Shown: in pieces, positions 49,969 through 58,708 of the stretch
How the letters are laid out: the number at the start of each line of letters is the position of its first letter
Position numbering within the stretch: the first letter of the stretch is position 1
Source: Candidatus Heimdallarchaeota archaeon
GTDB taxonomy: Archaea > Asgardarchaeota > Heimdallarchaeia > Hodarchaeales > Hodarchaeaceae
Reading direction: 5' to 3'
NCBI GenBank assembly: GCA_020353515.1
Contig: CP070695.1
Location: 3,288,118 to 3,352,117 of the forward strand
Length of the DNA: 64,000 nucleotides
Notes under the pieces: model-generated
What the model was told of the DNA's origin: nothing
Databases searched by the model: none
The model's input: the letters and a program-made list of their open reading frames with translations, nothing else
Made by a program: the position numbers and the translations under genes

Positions 49969-50742
49969 TCAACATGAAACTGAAACATTGTTGAAATTGA
50001 CTTGTTGTTTTAGGTACCTAGTAAAAAATGATTCGATTGAATTATAAATACGAGCAATTTCTTTTACTACTTTATTTCGATCCTTCGTTTGTACTATCAG
50101 GATTACAACATATTTTGTTAAACTAGTCACAAAAATGAGATATTCATCCCCTAAATTAAATTCTATTTTGGTAGTTTCATACCCTATTTTTAAACTAGAC
50201 TCTAGAAGGCTCTTACACGTTGAAGCTAAGTGATTTACGAAATTATGTTTTGCATGTGTGAAGACTTGGTGGAGATTTGGTTTTTCTAAGATGATATAAT
50301 CTGTAAAAAATGATTCTTCCATAATTTCTATGATTTTAGAGAGTCCAACAACATCAATCGCAATTAAAGCGTTATATTTTTGTTTTAAATAGTTCCTAAA
50401 TCCTGTAAACTCACTATTATCAAAAGAAAGACCCTTGACAAGTTTGTGATGAAAAGTTTTTTCAAAATGTTTGAGAGTATTATTCGCAAAATTTTGCTCC
50501 TTTAAGTCATTTTCATGACTAAAGAAAATCCCATGAGTAAACTCCCCGTCAACAATATGAACGAAGTATTTCCCTTGATCAATAGTTCTTATTCCAGTTC
50601 CATTTTGAGTTTTTTGTACTGCATTTAATACTGCAGTCATCAAACCAGCACGTAAATCCTCGTCAACATTAGAAAATCCTGGGACAAAATAATAAGAAAA
50701 AAGTAATATCCCTTCTTTGGTGGTAATACTAACACCTATCAT
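49969..50742 (-). CDS. Longin-like domain fused to a roadblock-like domain
   Basis: N-half IGVSITTKEGILLFSY...LRAGLMTAVLNAV...IRTIDQGKYFVHIV...HFEKTF. C-half helix, DYIILE, helix, KIEFNLGDEYLIFVTSLTKYVVILIV, helix. Confidence 0.6.
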   Translation of the reverse strand: MIGVSITTKEGILLFSYYFVPGFSNVDEDLRAGLMTAVLNAVQKTQNGTGIRTIDQGKYFVHIVDGEFTHGIFFSHENDLKEQNFANNTLKHFEKTFHHKLVKGLSFDNSEFTGFRNYLKQKYNALIAIDVVGLSKIIEIMEESFFTDYIILEKPNLHQVFTHAKHNFVNHLASTCKSLLESSLKIGYETTKIEFNLGDEYLIFVTSLTKYVVILIVQTKDRNKVVKEIARIYNSIESFFTRYLKQQVNFNNVSVSC

Positions 50743-50936
50743 GCACGATTTCCTCTACGATAATAGAGAGGGGTTTCAATCTCTTATATCTAGCGTTTTA
50801 GACGTCAAATTAAAAGGATTATACATCGTATTAAATTTAATTGAAGAGGAGTTTTTACAAATTTGTACAGTAAGGAAGGTAATTCCGATAAGTAAAGTTA
50901 AAATTTTAAGAAAAATCACCTTCTTTCAAAGGGAAA

Positions 50937-52184
50937 TTGACTATGTCCATAGTAATAATAGATCCCACTACATCAGGCGCCTCTGGTGATTTATTAATCG
51001 CTTCTCTTTTGGATTCAGACAAAGAGGTTTATCGTACCGAATTCTGCCAACTCTTTCAGAACCTTTTGGTAGAGTATGATCCTGATTTCAAAGTGGAATG
51101 GTCATCTGTTAAGAAACAAGGTATTTATGGCACCCAAATCCAAACTTCAGCAAAAATCAAGTTTTCTCCCCAAGAAATGCGTAAAATAATGGAAAAGTTA
51201 TCCAACGAGTTAAAACTATCCTCAGAAAGTTACAAAATCGCGTACAACGCATTAACATTCTTAATTGATGCTGAAAGAAAAGTTCATGGTCAAATTGATC
51301 AGTCTGAAGATCCACATTTCCATGAATTGGCTCTTATTGATACAGTATTTGATGTTATCGGTTTTGTCTATCTTTGGGAAAAAGCAGGTTATCTAGATTC
51401 AGAAGTAAATATTTTACCCATAGCTGTAGGTGGTGGATTGATAAAAATTGCCCATGGGACAGTTTCCGTTCCAACACCCGCAACAAATGAAATTATCCGA
51501 CAAGGTGGATTGATAATCAAAGGAGGATTAATAGATGGAGAACTTTTAACCCCCACTGGTGCAGCACTTCTTGCCTCTTTAAATCCAACACCTCATAATC
51601 ATCTTCCTTTAATGAGTGTTAATAAGATAGGTCGAAGTTTTGGTACCCGTGATTACAAGAAAGGTACTCTTATGTGTTTACAAATTATTCAGGGATCTAA
51701 ACCTTCTACATTAATAGAAGAGGAAATTAATATCTTAGAGACAAATGTAGATGATGTGGATGGAGAAACACTTGGATATCTTTTTGATATTTTATTTAAA
51801 AGAAAATTAGTACTAGATCTATCAATTCACAATACTATTACCAAAAAAAATCGGCCAGGTTTTCTTATTCGAGCGATTGTTGATCCATTGAAAACCTTTG
51901 AAGTAACTACTGTTTTAACTCGCGAATTAGGCACACTAGGAGTACGAATTCTTCCAGGGTTCCGTCATATTGTACCCCGTAAACAAACATCTCATGATAT
52001 TAAAATAATGGATGGAAAAGAAACTATACAAATCAAGAGGGGATTTATTGATTCAGAACTAATCTCAGAAAAGATAGAATACGAGGATCTGAAACGAATA
52101 GCACAGGAAAAAGGAGTTCCACTACGAGAAATAAGAAAACGTGTTCTTTCGGATATTAATAAGTTGGATGAAGATAATGCGTGA
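50937..52184 (+). CDS. larC: Nickel pincer cofactor biosynthesis nickel insertase LarC
   Basis: GASGDL, AERKVHG, HFHE, AHG..PTPAT, GELLTPTGAA, ETNVDD, KKNRPG, TLGVR, EYED. Confidence 0.9.
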   Translation: MTMSIVIIDPTTSGASGDLLIASLLDSDKEVYRTEFCQLFQNLLVEYDPDFKVEWSSVKKQGIYGTQIQTSAKIKFSPQEMRKIMEKLSNELKLSSESYKIAYNALTFLIDAERKVHGQIDQSEDPHFHELALIDTVFDVIGFVYLWEKAGYLDSEVNILPIAVGGGLIKIAHGTVSVPTPATNEIIRQGGLIIKGGLIDGELLTPTGAALLASLNPTPHNHLPLMSVNKIGRSFGTRDYKKGTLMCLQIIQGSKPSTLIEEEINILETNVDDVDGETLGYLFDILFKRKLVLDLSIHNTITKKNRPGFLIRAIVDPLKTFEVTTVLTRELGTLGVRILPGFRHIVPRKQTSHDIKIMDGKETIQIKRGFIDSELISEKIEYEDLKRIAQEKGVPLREIRKRVLSDINKLDEDNA

Positions 52185-52965
52185 TATTGAAACTATTTTA
52201 AAGCAACTAAAAGAGGGAGAAATTAGCCTAGAGGATGCAAAAGCGGAGATAAATTTATTTAGTCTTGAATTCATTGAAGATGGTGTTAAACTAGATTTAG
52301 GTAGACATCTTCGGAAGGGAATACCTGAAGTTATCTATGCAGAGAAAAAAAGTCCTGAATTGTTAATTTCAATCATTCAAAAAATAATGATTGACAAATC
52401 AGCTATTCTCCTTTCTAGAGTTTTATCGAAGCATCTTGACCTCATTAGAGAAAACTTTACTGAGAAATTTGATCTTCACATCACTCCCTCTTTTGAACCT
52501 TATACTGTTACAATTACATCTAAAAATTATCAATTTGGATCTCCCAGCTGCAATATCGGCCTGTTAACAGCTGGAACATCAGACATCCCTATTGCAGAGG
52601 AAGTTAAAGCAATTGCACGTTTGATGGGAGTAAGTACTATCCAGTTCAATGATGTAGGGATCGCGGGAGTTCATCGATTAATTCCCCCCTTGAAAGAAAT
52701 GATCAAACAAAACGTTAAGGCAATAGTAGCTGTTGCAGGTATGGAGGGAGCTCTTCCAGCAATTGTTTCTAGTTTAGTAAATGTCCCTGTAATCGGAGTT
52801 CCAGCTTCAACTGGTTATGGATACGGTGGTAAGGGAGAAGCAGCTTTAATGACAATGCTCCAGACGTGTTCTCCAGGACTAGTTGTTGTTAACATAGATA
52901 ATGGTATTAATGCAGGTGCAACTGCTGCCCTGATTGCAAAACAGAGTAATTCTGACAACCAATGA
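52141..52965 (+). CDS. larB: Nickel pincer cofactor biosynthesis carboxylase/hydrolase LarB
   Basis: RKGIPEVIY, AGTSDIPIAEE, DVGIAGVHRL, AGMEGALP, GYGYG, VNIDNG; the true start is probably ATG ~52177. Confidence 0.92.
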   Translation: MFFRILISWMKIMRDIETILKQLKEGEISLEDAKAEINLFSLEFIEDGVKLDLGRHLRKGIPEVIYAEKKSPELLISIIQKIMIDKSAILLSRVLSKHLDLIRENFTEKFDLHITPSFEPYTVTITSKNYQFGSPSCNIGLLTAGTSDIPIAEEVKAIARLMGVSTIQFNDVGIAGVHRLIPPLKEMIKQNVKAIVAVAGMEGALPAIVSSLVNVPVIGVPASTGYGYGGKGEAALMTMLQTCSPGLVVVNIDNGINAGATAALIAKQSNSDNQ

Positions 52966-53073
52966 TGGGATAAGGAGTACTTGAGATGATTTTCTTGGAA
53001 CACAAAAATCGATGATAATCAAAAAATCTTTCAAAAAAGAGATCTATACCCATTTACAGAGGAAGATGATAAA

Positions 53074-53748
53074 ATGTCTGAAAAAGAGAACAAAGAGGAA
53101 TTAAAAAAGGAGTCAGATACATCTTCTGCGGAAGAAACTGATAAGGATAAAGAAAGTAAAGTGGAGCAGGAAACAGCACCCCAACCTAAGAAAAAATATG
53201 TGTTCAATTGCACAAAATGTGGAACCTGCTGTGAGAAAAGGGAATTTGTACCAGTATCATTAGGAGACATCCGAAATTGGACAAAATCTGGTACTATAAA
53301 TGCAGTTTTCCCAAACTTAAAATTTCAAACACTTCAAGTAGGTGAATCAGAAGAGAAACAGGCTTTCATGACCCTTGTCATTACTGGTTCAGAGAAAGGA
53401 TGTTCTTTGTTTGATCAAGAGAACCGTCTTTGTAATATATATCATTCCATGCCCTTAGAATGTAAAGCGTTTCCATTAGGTTATAATGGTAAGAACTATT
53501 ATATCAAAGATAAAACAGTTCCTGGGTTGGGACAGGGAACAATGACCAAAGAGCGTCTTATAGAAGATCGTGATAATGCACGAGCGGATTTTGAAGCCCG
53601 AATCGAAACACAAATGATGCTTCCTATGTTATACTCGTTATTTATGCAGAATTTAGTGGAACAGCAACAAAAAGTAATGGAAGAAATGCCAGAAGAAAAA
53701 CGGAAACAACTTGATGATCTGTTAAGAACATCAGAAGGAAAGTCATAA
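53074..53748 (+). CDS. YkgJ family cysteine-cluster (CxxCxxCC) protein
   Basis: FNCTKCGTCC...CSLF...CNIYHSMPLECKAFP. Confidence 0.85.
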   Translation: MSEKENKEELKKESDTSSAEETDKDKESKVEQETAPQPKKKYVFNCTKCGTCCEKREFVPVSLGDIRNWTKSGTINAVFPNLKFQTLQVGESEEKQAFMTLVITGSEKGCSLFDQENRLCNIYHSMPLECKAFPLGYNGKNYYIKDKTVPGLGQGTMTKERLIEDRDNARADFEARIETQMMLPMLYSLFMQNLVEQQQKVMEEMPEEKRKQLDDLLRTSEGKS

Positions 53749-54438
53749 ATTCTCTATTTTCGGAGAAAAACCACAATTAGAACAAGCCCACTTTGCAAAT
53801 GGTAACAATTCTTTTTTACGTGATGAAACAGTGACTAATTGGGAAAAAGGTAATAGGTGCCCTTTTTCACATCGAGGACAAGGCGGAGTTGTCATTAAAG
53901 ACGGTTTTGCTCCAATAAAATCCGTTAAAGGTGTGGGAGTTTTTGGAGGGTCTTTTTTTCTCTTTTTTGGAGAGGTTTTAGGGGGGTTTTTAGGAGATTT
54001 TTTCTCAGCTTTGGTTTTTGGAGCTTTCAGAATTGGTGCTTTAGGTGCGATGAGTTTATTTAATTTTGCCTCTGCTTGAGAGTGAATTTTACTTAAGGGA
54101 GTTTTATCAAAATCCTCCACTGGACCTATTCCCTCAAGGGGAATTGAATCGATACAACTCCAAAAATCATCAGGTTCCCCTCCTTGATCTGCTGATTTAA
54201 TCCGAAAAGTTATTCCATAATGTCCTCTGATCTCTGAAGCTACTCTACTAGAGATGAATCGGGTTCGAACATCGGCATCTTCCCCAATCCAGATCCAGAT
54301 TTCTTTTTTTCCCTCTTCAACGAAGATATAAACTTCTGTGGATTTTAGGTTCTCTTTTTTAAAGACAACTGGGTCAAAAAAACCATCATTTTGCACTTGA
54401 TAAGCTACGATTCGAGTATTTCCCAAAAAACCAGCCAC
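53743..54438 (-). CDS. Single gelsolin-domain protein with Lys/Pro-rich linker and C-terminal Zn ribbon
   Basis: LKSTEVYIFVE...IWIWIGEDADVRTRFISSRVA...DQGGEPDDFW (gelsolin); KKSPKNPPKTSPKKRKKDPPKTPTP; CPRC...CSNC. Confidence 0.78.
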   Translation of the reverse strand: MAGFLGNTRIVAYQVQNDGFFDPVVFKKENLKSTEVYIFVEEGKKEIWIWIGEDADVRTRFISSRVASEIRGHYGITFRIKSADQGGEPDDFWSCIDSIPLEGIGPVEDFDKTPLSKIHSQAEAKLNKLIAPKAPILKAPKTKAEKKSPKNPPKTSPKKRKKDPPKTPTPLTDFIGAKPSLMTTPPCPRCEKGHLLPFSQLVTVSSRKKELLPFAKWACSNCGFSPKIENL

Positions 54439-54524
54439 TCTACAGTTAGACGAGTGTGTTTCCCTGTAATATCAACAATATAAAAACTTCAAGATTGATT
54501 TTTATTTGGTGCTTTTCTCAAGGT

Positions 54525-55163
54525 TCAAATTAATTCATTCGATAAATTTGCTTTAACTGGAGATTGCTTCATCAAAGCTAAGATCGATCTTATTTGAATG
54601 ATCTGAAGCGGTAGATGTTCTATTCTCACTGTTTTAATAAGTATATAATATGTAGGAGTGTTGATGATCTTCTCAATGCCAGTAAAATCAGTTATTTGTT
54701 TAACATTTGATTTTTCTTTAGAAATGTAAATTTCCATTGAAAATTCTCTCATAAATAAGCCTCGAAAAGAAGATCGCTTTCGACGAATTACGATTCTCGT
54801 TTCTACATCAAGAAGAGAGAGTAATCTTTCAGGAAAAATTATTCCCTTCCTTATCCAGACCATTTGGCCATTGGATCCAGTGAGATCTGTTAATGAGGGT
54901 ACCCAAAGGAATAACATTTCAACTAATACTAATAACCCAATAAGAAATATCGCTGAACTGACTATCTCAATGATATTTATTGCAAGCGAGTCAGCTATTG
55001 TTTTGTAATCTGTTTGTTCGGAAGATGAAAAGGTTACTTCTCTCATATTCTGCATAGTAGAACGTAAACCAATTATTAGAAACATTGAGGAAAAAGCAGC
55101 TGTTAAAATTACAATGAAAGTGACCTGATATCTCCGAACTCTCTGTTTTGGTAGTAACAGCAA
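54525..55163 (-). CDS. Two-TM membrane protein, hypothetical
   Basis: Two hydrophobic helices then a soluble domain; directly downstream of a wHTH gene. Confidence 0.6.
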   Translation of the reverse strand: MLLLPKQRVRRYQVTFIVILTAAFSSMFLIIGLRSTMQNMREVTFSSSEQTDYKTIADSLAINIIEIVSSAIFLIGLLVLVEMLFLWVPSLTDLTGSNGQMVWIRKGIIFPERLLSLLDVETRIVIRRKRSSFRGLFMREFSMEIYISKEKSNVKQITDFTGIEKIINTPTYYILIKTVRIEHLPLQIIQIRSILALMKQSPVKANLSNELI

Positions 55164-55172
55164 TATTTTTTT

Positions 55173-55646
55173 TCACCCCTTTTCTTTTCTATCCTTAAGC
55201 AATTCCCGTAACGATTCACCATGTATTTGAACAAGTTCAACTAACCGATTTACTAATTGATTATCGAAATTGGCGTATGCCATCTTCAGACGGGAGTGAA
55301 CTTCATCAATTCGGACAAGTCCTTGCTTTTCTAGGATTTTAAGATCACGGTATATAGATTTTGATTGAACAGAGATTCCTAGTGCTCGAGCTAAATCAAT
55401 TCCTGAGCTTCCTTGAGGATACATCGAAATTAGTTGCATAAAAATTAACCTTTGATGAAATGATAGTGGAGTAGTAAATAGAAAGATCAAGCTGGCATAA
55501 TAATCCCTAGTCAATGCATGAAGCCTGTTTGAAAGCGACATAGCATATTTTTCTATTTCTGGTCTTACTTGAGACGTTGTTTCAAGTGAAGAGAGAATAT
55601 CACGAAGAGAATCGATCTTCTCGGCTTCCGACGATCGAATAACCAT
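55173..55646 (-). CDS. Winged-helix DNA-binding protein
   Basis: SGIDLARALGIS...SIYRDLKILEKQGLVRI. Confidence 0.75.
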   Translation of the reverse strand: MVIRSSEAEKIDSLRDILSSLETTSQVRPEIEKYAMSLSNRLHALTRDYYASLIFLFTTPLSFHQRLIFMQLISMYPQGSSGIDLARALGISVQSKSIYRDLKILEKQGLVRIDEVHSRLKMAYANFDNQLVNRLVELVQIHGESLRELLKDRKEKG

Positions 55647-55696
55647 TTAATGACTGAGCTCCTTTAATTTTATTTATTACTCCAAATCTGAAGTAA

Positions 55697-55712
55697 GTGT
55701 TGGTGACAACAC
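55697..55712. promoter_or_regulatory. Palindromic candidate operator GTGTTG-N4-CAACAC
   Basis: Perfect 6-bp inverted repeat between two divergent wHTH genes, next to an AT-rich TATA-like stretch at ~55721-55733. Confidence 0.4.
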
Positions 55713-55788
55713 CAGACGTATTTTATTTAAATATTGTTAGAAAGATCTCACTGATATAGAAAGCATAGATTTTTTTTGTGGTTTTGAC

Positions 55789-56304
55789 ATGGTGCATCAA
55801 TCTACTAGAAGCGTTTTAAGGAGAGTCAAAGGTTTTTCTGAGAATACAAAAGAAGAAGATACAGGAACTCCAGAGATAAATTATGAGACTGTTATTAAAG
55901 GCACTACTCTAGATGTTTATTTCTATTTATTACGGAAGAAAAGCGCTGCTGGAGTTCGAGAAATCCAACGAAGTCTAGATCTTTCATCTCCTAGCGTTTC
56001 TAGTTATCATTTGGACAAACTCGAGACACTAGGAATAGTTCGAAAAAACAGATTTGGGAATTATGAGGTAGCAAAGAAGATCGACATCGGTGCATTAAAT
56101 CAATTTGTTATGATTGGCAATTTCACTCTCCCTCGCTTCTTTTTCTACGCAATATTCGTTTCTGTGGTATTTATAGGGTACATCATCTTATTTTTAACAT
56201 TCCCCCTCTCCACAGGTGAGGTTTTCGCACTCATTTTTGGATTATTCGGAGTTTTCGTCTGTTGGATGGAAACACTTCTCAGTTGGCGTAATAAACCGTT
56301 CTGA
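55789..56304 (+). CDS. Membrane-anchored winged-helix transcriptional regulator
   Basis: GTTLDVYFYLL...GVREIQRSLDLSSPSVSSYHLDKLETLGIV followed by two C-terminal TM segments. Confidence 0.82.
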   Translation: MVHQSTRSVLRRVKGFSENTKEEDTGTPEINYETVIKGTTLDVYFYLLRKKSAAGVREIQRSLDLSSPSVSSYHLDKLETLGIVRKNRFGNYEVAKKIDIGALNQFVMIGNFTLPRFFFYAIFVSVVFIGYIILFLTFPLSTGEVFALIFGLFGVFVCWMETLLSWRNKPF

Positions 56305-56309
56305 CTCCT

Positions 56310-56897
56310 TTATAGAAAACGGATTCTTTCTCGTATATCAATTTCTGGAAACTTCGGTTCTTGCTCTGTATCTCGCCAGAGCTCATTCATTTTGTTCTTT
56401 TCTATTAACATGGAAATTTCCTTGACAAACTGGATTAATTCTCTGATCTTTCGTGAAAAACGGTACATTGACATTTCATCAAAGCGGAATCCCAGAAAAA
56501 CTCTAAGATCTTCGCTAGAACCTGTTGAAATAACTCTACCAGTAAAATAATGACCTTGAACTTTCATTACACCCCGAAGAAAAGAATTAATAGTGTCTTT
56601 AGACTCGTTTGACAATCGTGTTAATCCATTTGAGAAAAAAGAGATATGAGAAAAGTCTTTTTCTAATGTGATATTAATATCAGGGCAATTCTTGATTGGG
56701 AGGAGAAAAGTAAAACTGCCATCGTGTGAATCAGATAAAATGACATATTCTAAGCCTAAAAGATCCAACCAATGCTTAATTTGCTCAATTTGCTTAGGAA
56801 ACTTCATGTATTTGTCGATTGGTTGAAGAGATCCCATTAAATTCATTTTCCTTTGAGATAAACCTGAGACTACTACAATTAAAGAAGAAGAAAACAC
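56310..56897 (-). CDS. Hypothetical protein, possible YbjN/secretion-chaperone-like fold
   Basis: IKHWLDLLGLEY helix-strand start, then strands and a long C-terminal helix; the true start is probably a downstream ATG. Confidence 0.45.
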   Translation of the reverse strand: MFSSSLIVVVSGLSQRKMNLMGSLQPIDKYMKFPKQIEQIKHWLDLLGLEYVILSDSHDGSFTFLLPIKNCPDINITLEKDFSHISFFSNGLTRLSNESKDTINSFLRGVMKVQGHYFTGRVISTGSSEDLRVFLGFRFDEMSMYRFSRKIRELIQFVKEISMLIEKNKMNELWRDTEQEPKFPEIDIRERIRFL

Positions 56898-56927
56898 TAT
56901 ATTAATGATTTTTCTTTTTCTTCTCTC

Positions 56928-57497
56928 TTACTCTACTGTTATTTCAAAATGAGTAGGATTTAAAAAAGGAATCAATGCCATCATGACGCTTTGTTTTAAG
57001 ATATCAAAGCGAGTGACGACATTCCGAGTAAAAAACCCTACAGCGCCTTCTTTTTGTTTAATATTTGAAATTCCACTAATATCTGTCATAATATCTCCCA
57101 ATTCCAAGTCCTGAGAATTGATTAATTTTTTGTACAATTTTTGAGGTAGGGGAATTTCACATCCTCTTACTGTTTCAATGAAAGAATGATTACTTACAGA
57201 GCTGTAAACTATAATCCTAGGATTGTTGTAAGATGTCAGAACGATACCTCCTTCAATTCCAACATAAAAATCGAATCCTGGTTTGTGATTCCGAGCACTT
57301 TTCACTCTCCACCTTGATGCTTCATAAGTTTGTCCTTCGCCAAGAGGTTGTGCCTTCGGGTGATCACCTGTCAGATCAATTTCAGAAGTCTCAATGTTAG
57401 AAATTACAGATTTCACATAAAAACTTGAAAAGGCTTCTTGAACTGCTCGTATTTTCACAGGATTCACACTAACGACAAGTACTTTAATTTCCAACAA
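56928..57497 (-). CDS. yjjX: Non-canonical purine NTP phosphatase (inosine/xanthosine triphosphatase, DUF84)
   Basis: SVNPVKIRAV, QPLG, VGIEGGI, ELG, KQKEGAVGFFT..TR. Confidence 0.85.
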   Translation of the reverse strand: MLEIKVLVVSVNPVKIRAVQEAFSSFYVKSVISNIETSEIDLTGDHPKAQPLGEGQTYEASRWRVKSARNHKPGFDFYVGIEGGIVLTSYNNPRIIVYSSVSNHSFIETVRGCEIPLPQKLYKKLINSQDLELGDIMTDISGISNIKQKEGAVGFFTRNVVTRFDILKQSVMMALIPFLNPTHFEITVE

Positions 57498-58187
57498 TCA
57501 ATCCTCCAACCAGTGAATGATCTTTGCTACAATAACCCAAGCTGGTTTTACCTCATCATATATTGTAAGAAGAATTAACTCTTGGATTAGAGTAGATGAT
57601 TCAAAGAAACGAAATTCTGTTTCTCCATATTGAAATCCTCCAATTAGAAATACACCTGAAGAGGGGGGTGAAAGATCTGTAAGATTCTTCATAATAATTG
57701 ATTCTTTCATGTTTTTAGGTGGGATATCACATAAGTGAATTTCTGTTTCTTCAAATTGCTTGAGTAATTTACTAAGTTTGCAACGTTTCGCGGTCAGAAT
57801 CGGTTCACCTGAAATAGGAACCCTTTGTTTTAATAAAAGTTGTGAAAATAATCCACAAAATCTATTGTAATTCACTGGTACTCTCCATTGGGAAGGAATC
57901 TTGATACATAGATCGTTGCGTGTATGTATGAAGACTTGGATTTTTCCCTGTTTAAATAAAGGAGAATAAACCACGTTCAATAGTGAATGATGGATAATGT
58001 CAGGTCTTCCTCGTTTTTCCTTGTCATCCAACGAGTCCACTAATGACCGATGTATAGCCCCATCCAGCAATAGACCCCTATTTTTCTTTTTTAGGTTTTT
58101 CTGCCATTTTTTTCGAATTAATGGGTGTTTCCGCAAAGATTCTGGGATTAATTCGAGAGCGGATTCAAATAAAATTATTGTTATCAA
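57498..58187 (-). CDS. nep1: Small-subunit rRNA pseudouridine N1-methyltransferase Nep1/Emg1
   Basis: ESALELIP, RGRPDIIHHSLL, RVPVNYNRFCGLFSQLL, IGGFQYG. Confidence 0.9.
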   Translation of the reverse strand: MITIILFESALELIPESLRKHPLIRKKWQKNLKKKNRGLLLDGAIHRSLVDSLDDKEKRGRPDIIHHSLLNVVYSPLFKQGKIQVFIHTRNDLCIKIPSQWRVPVNYNRFCGLFSQLLLKQRVPISGEPILTAKRCKLSKLLKQFEETEIHLCDIPPKNMKESIIMKNLTDLSPPSSGVFLIGGFQYGETEFRFFESSTLIQELILLTIYDEVKPAWVIVAKIIHWLED

Positions 58188-58366
58188 TATTGTTTCTCCA
58201 AATTACGCTAATGGTTGAAATTTTACACAGGTGTCGTCAAATTACCAGAGTTCCGACAAAAAAATCTAGTTTAGCTGTAAAGCTTTTCTGTTTTTTACAG
58301 TTCGTACATGACCATTCTCAGGCTTCATTTCATATATTCCGCCTGTTGGTCTAATATTTATCCTAC

Positions 58367-58648
58367 TTGAGTTTGTCTCTGAGAATTAATTCTTTAAAAT
58401 TAGGGTGCCTTCCTAAATTTTATAACAATCTAATTCTTGTAGATATAACTGTGAATCGTATGCTTCAAAGTTATTATGTTCCGAAAAAATTGAGAACAAT
58501 TCATTTTCCTGGTCAACAAATAGAAGTTTGGCTTAATGAGAGAAAAATATCTTGTTTAGACGACGTTTCGCCTAGAGAAAGACCTTTTATCAAAGATTTT
58601 ATCAGTAATCTCGAAGAGCTTGGCTGGAAAGTTCGTATCCAAATTTAA
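58367..58648 (+). CDS. Small hypothetical protein
   Basis: Protein-like C-terminal part (FIKDFISNLEELGWKVRI); the start is probably downstream of 58367. Confidence 0.35.
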   Translation: MSLSLRINSLKLGCLPKFYNNLILVDITVNRMLQSYYVPKKLRTIHFPGQQIEVWLNERKISCLDDVSPRERPFIKDFISNLEELGWKVRIQI

Positions 58649-58708
58649 TTAATTATTTTTGACAAAAAGCTTTACATTAACAAATGACGAAAATTTCTCT
58701 CAAGGATC

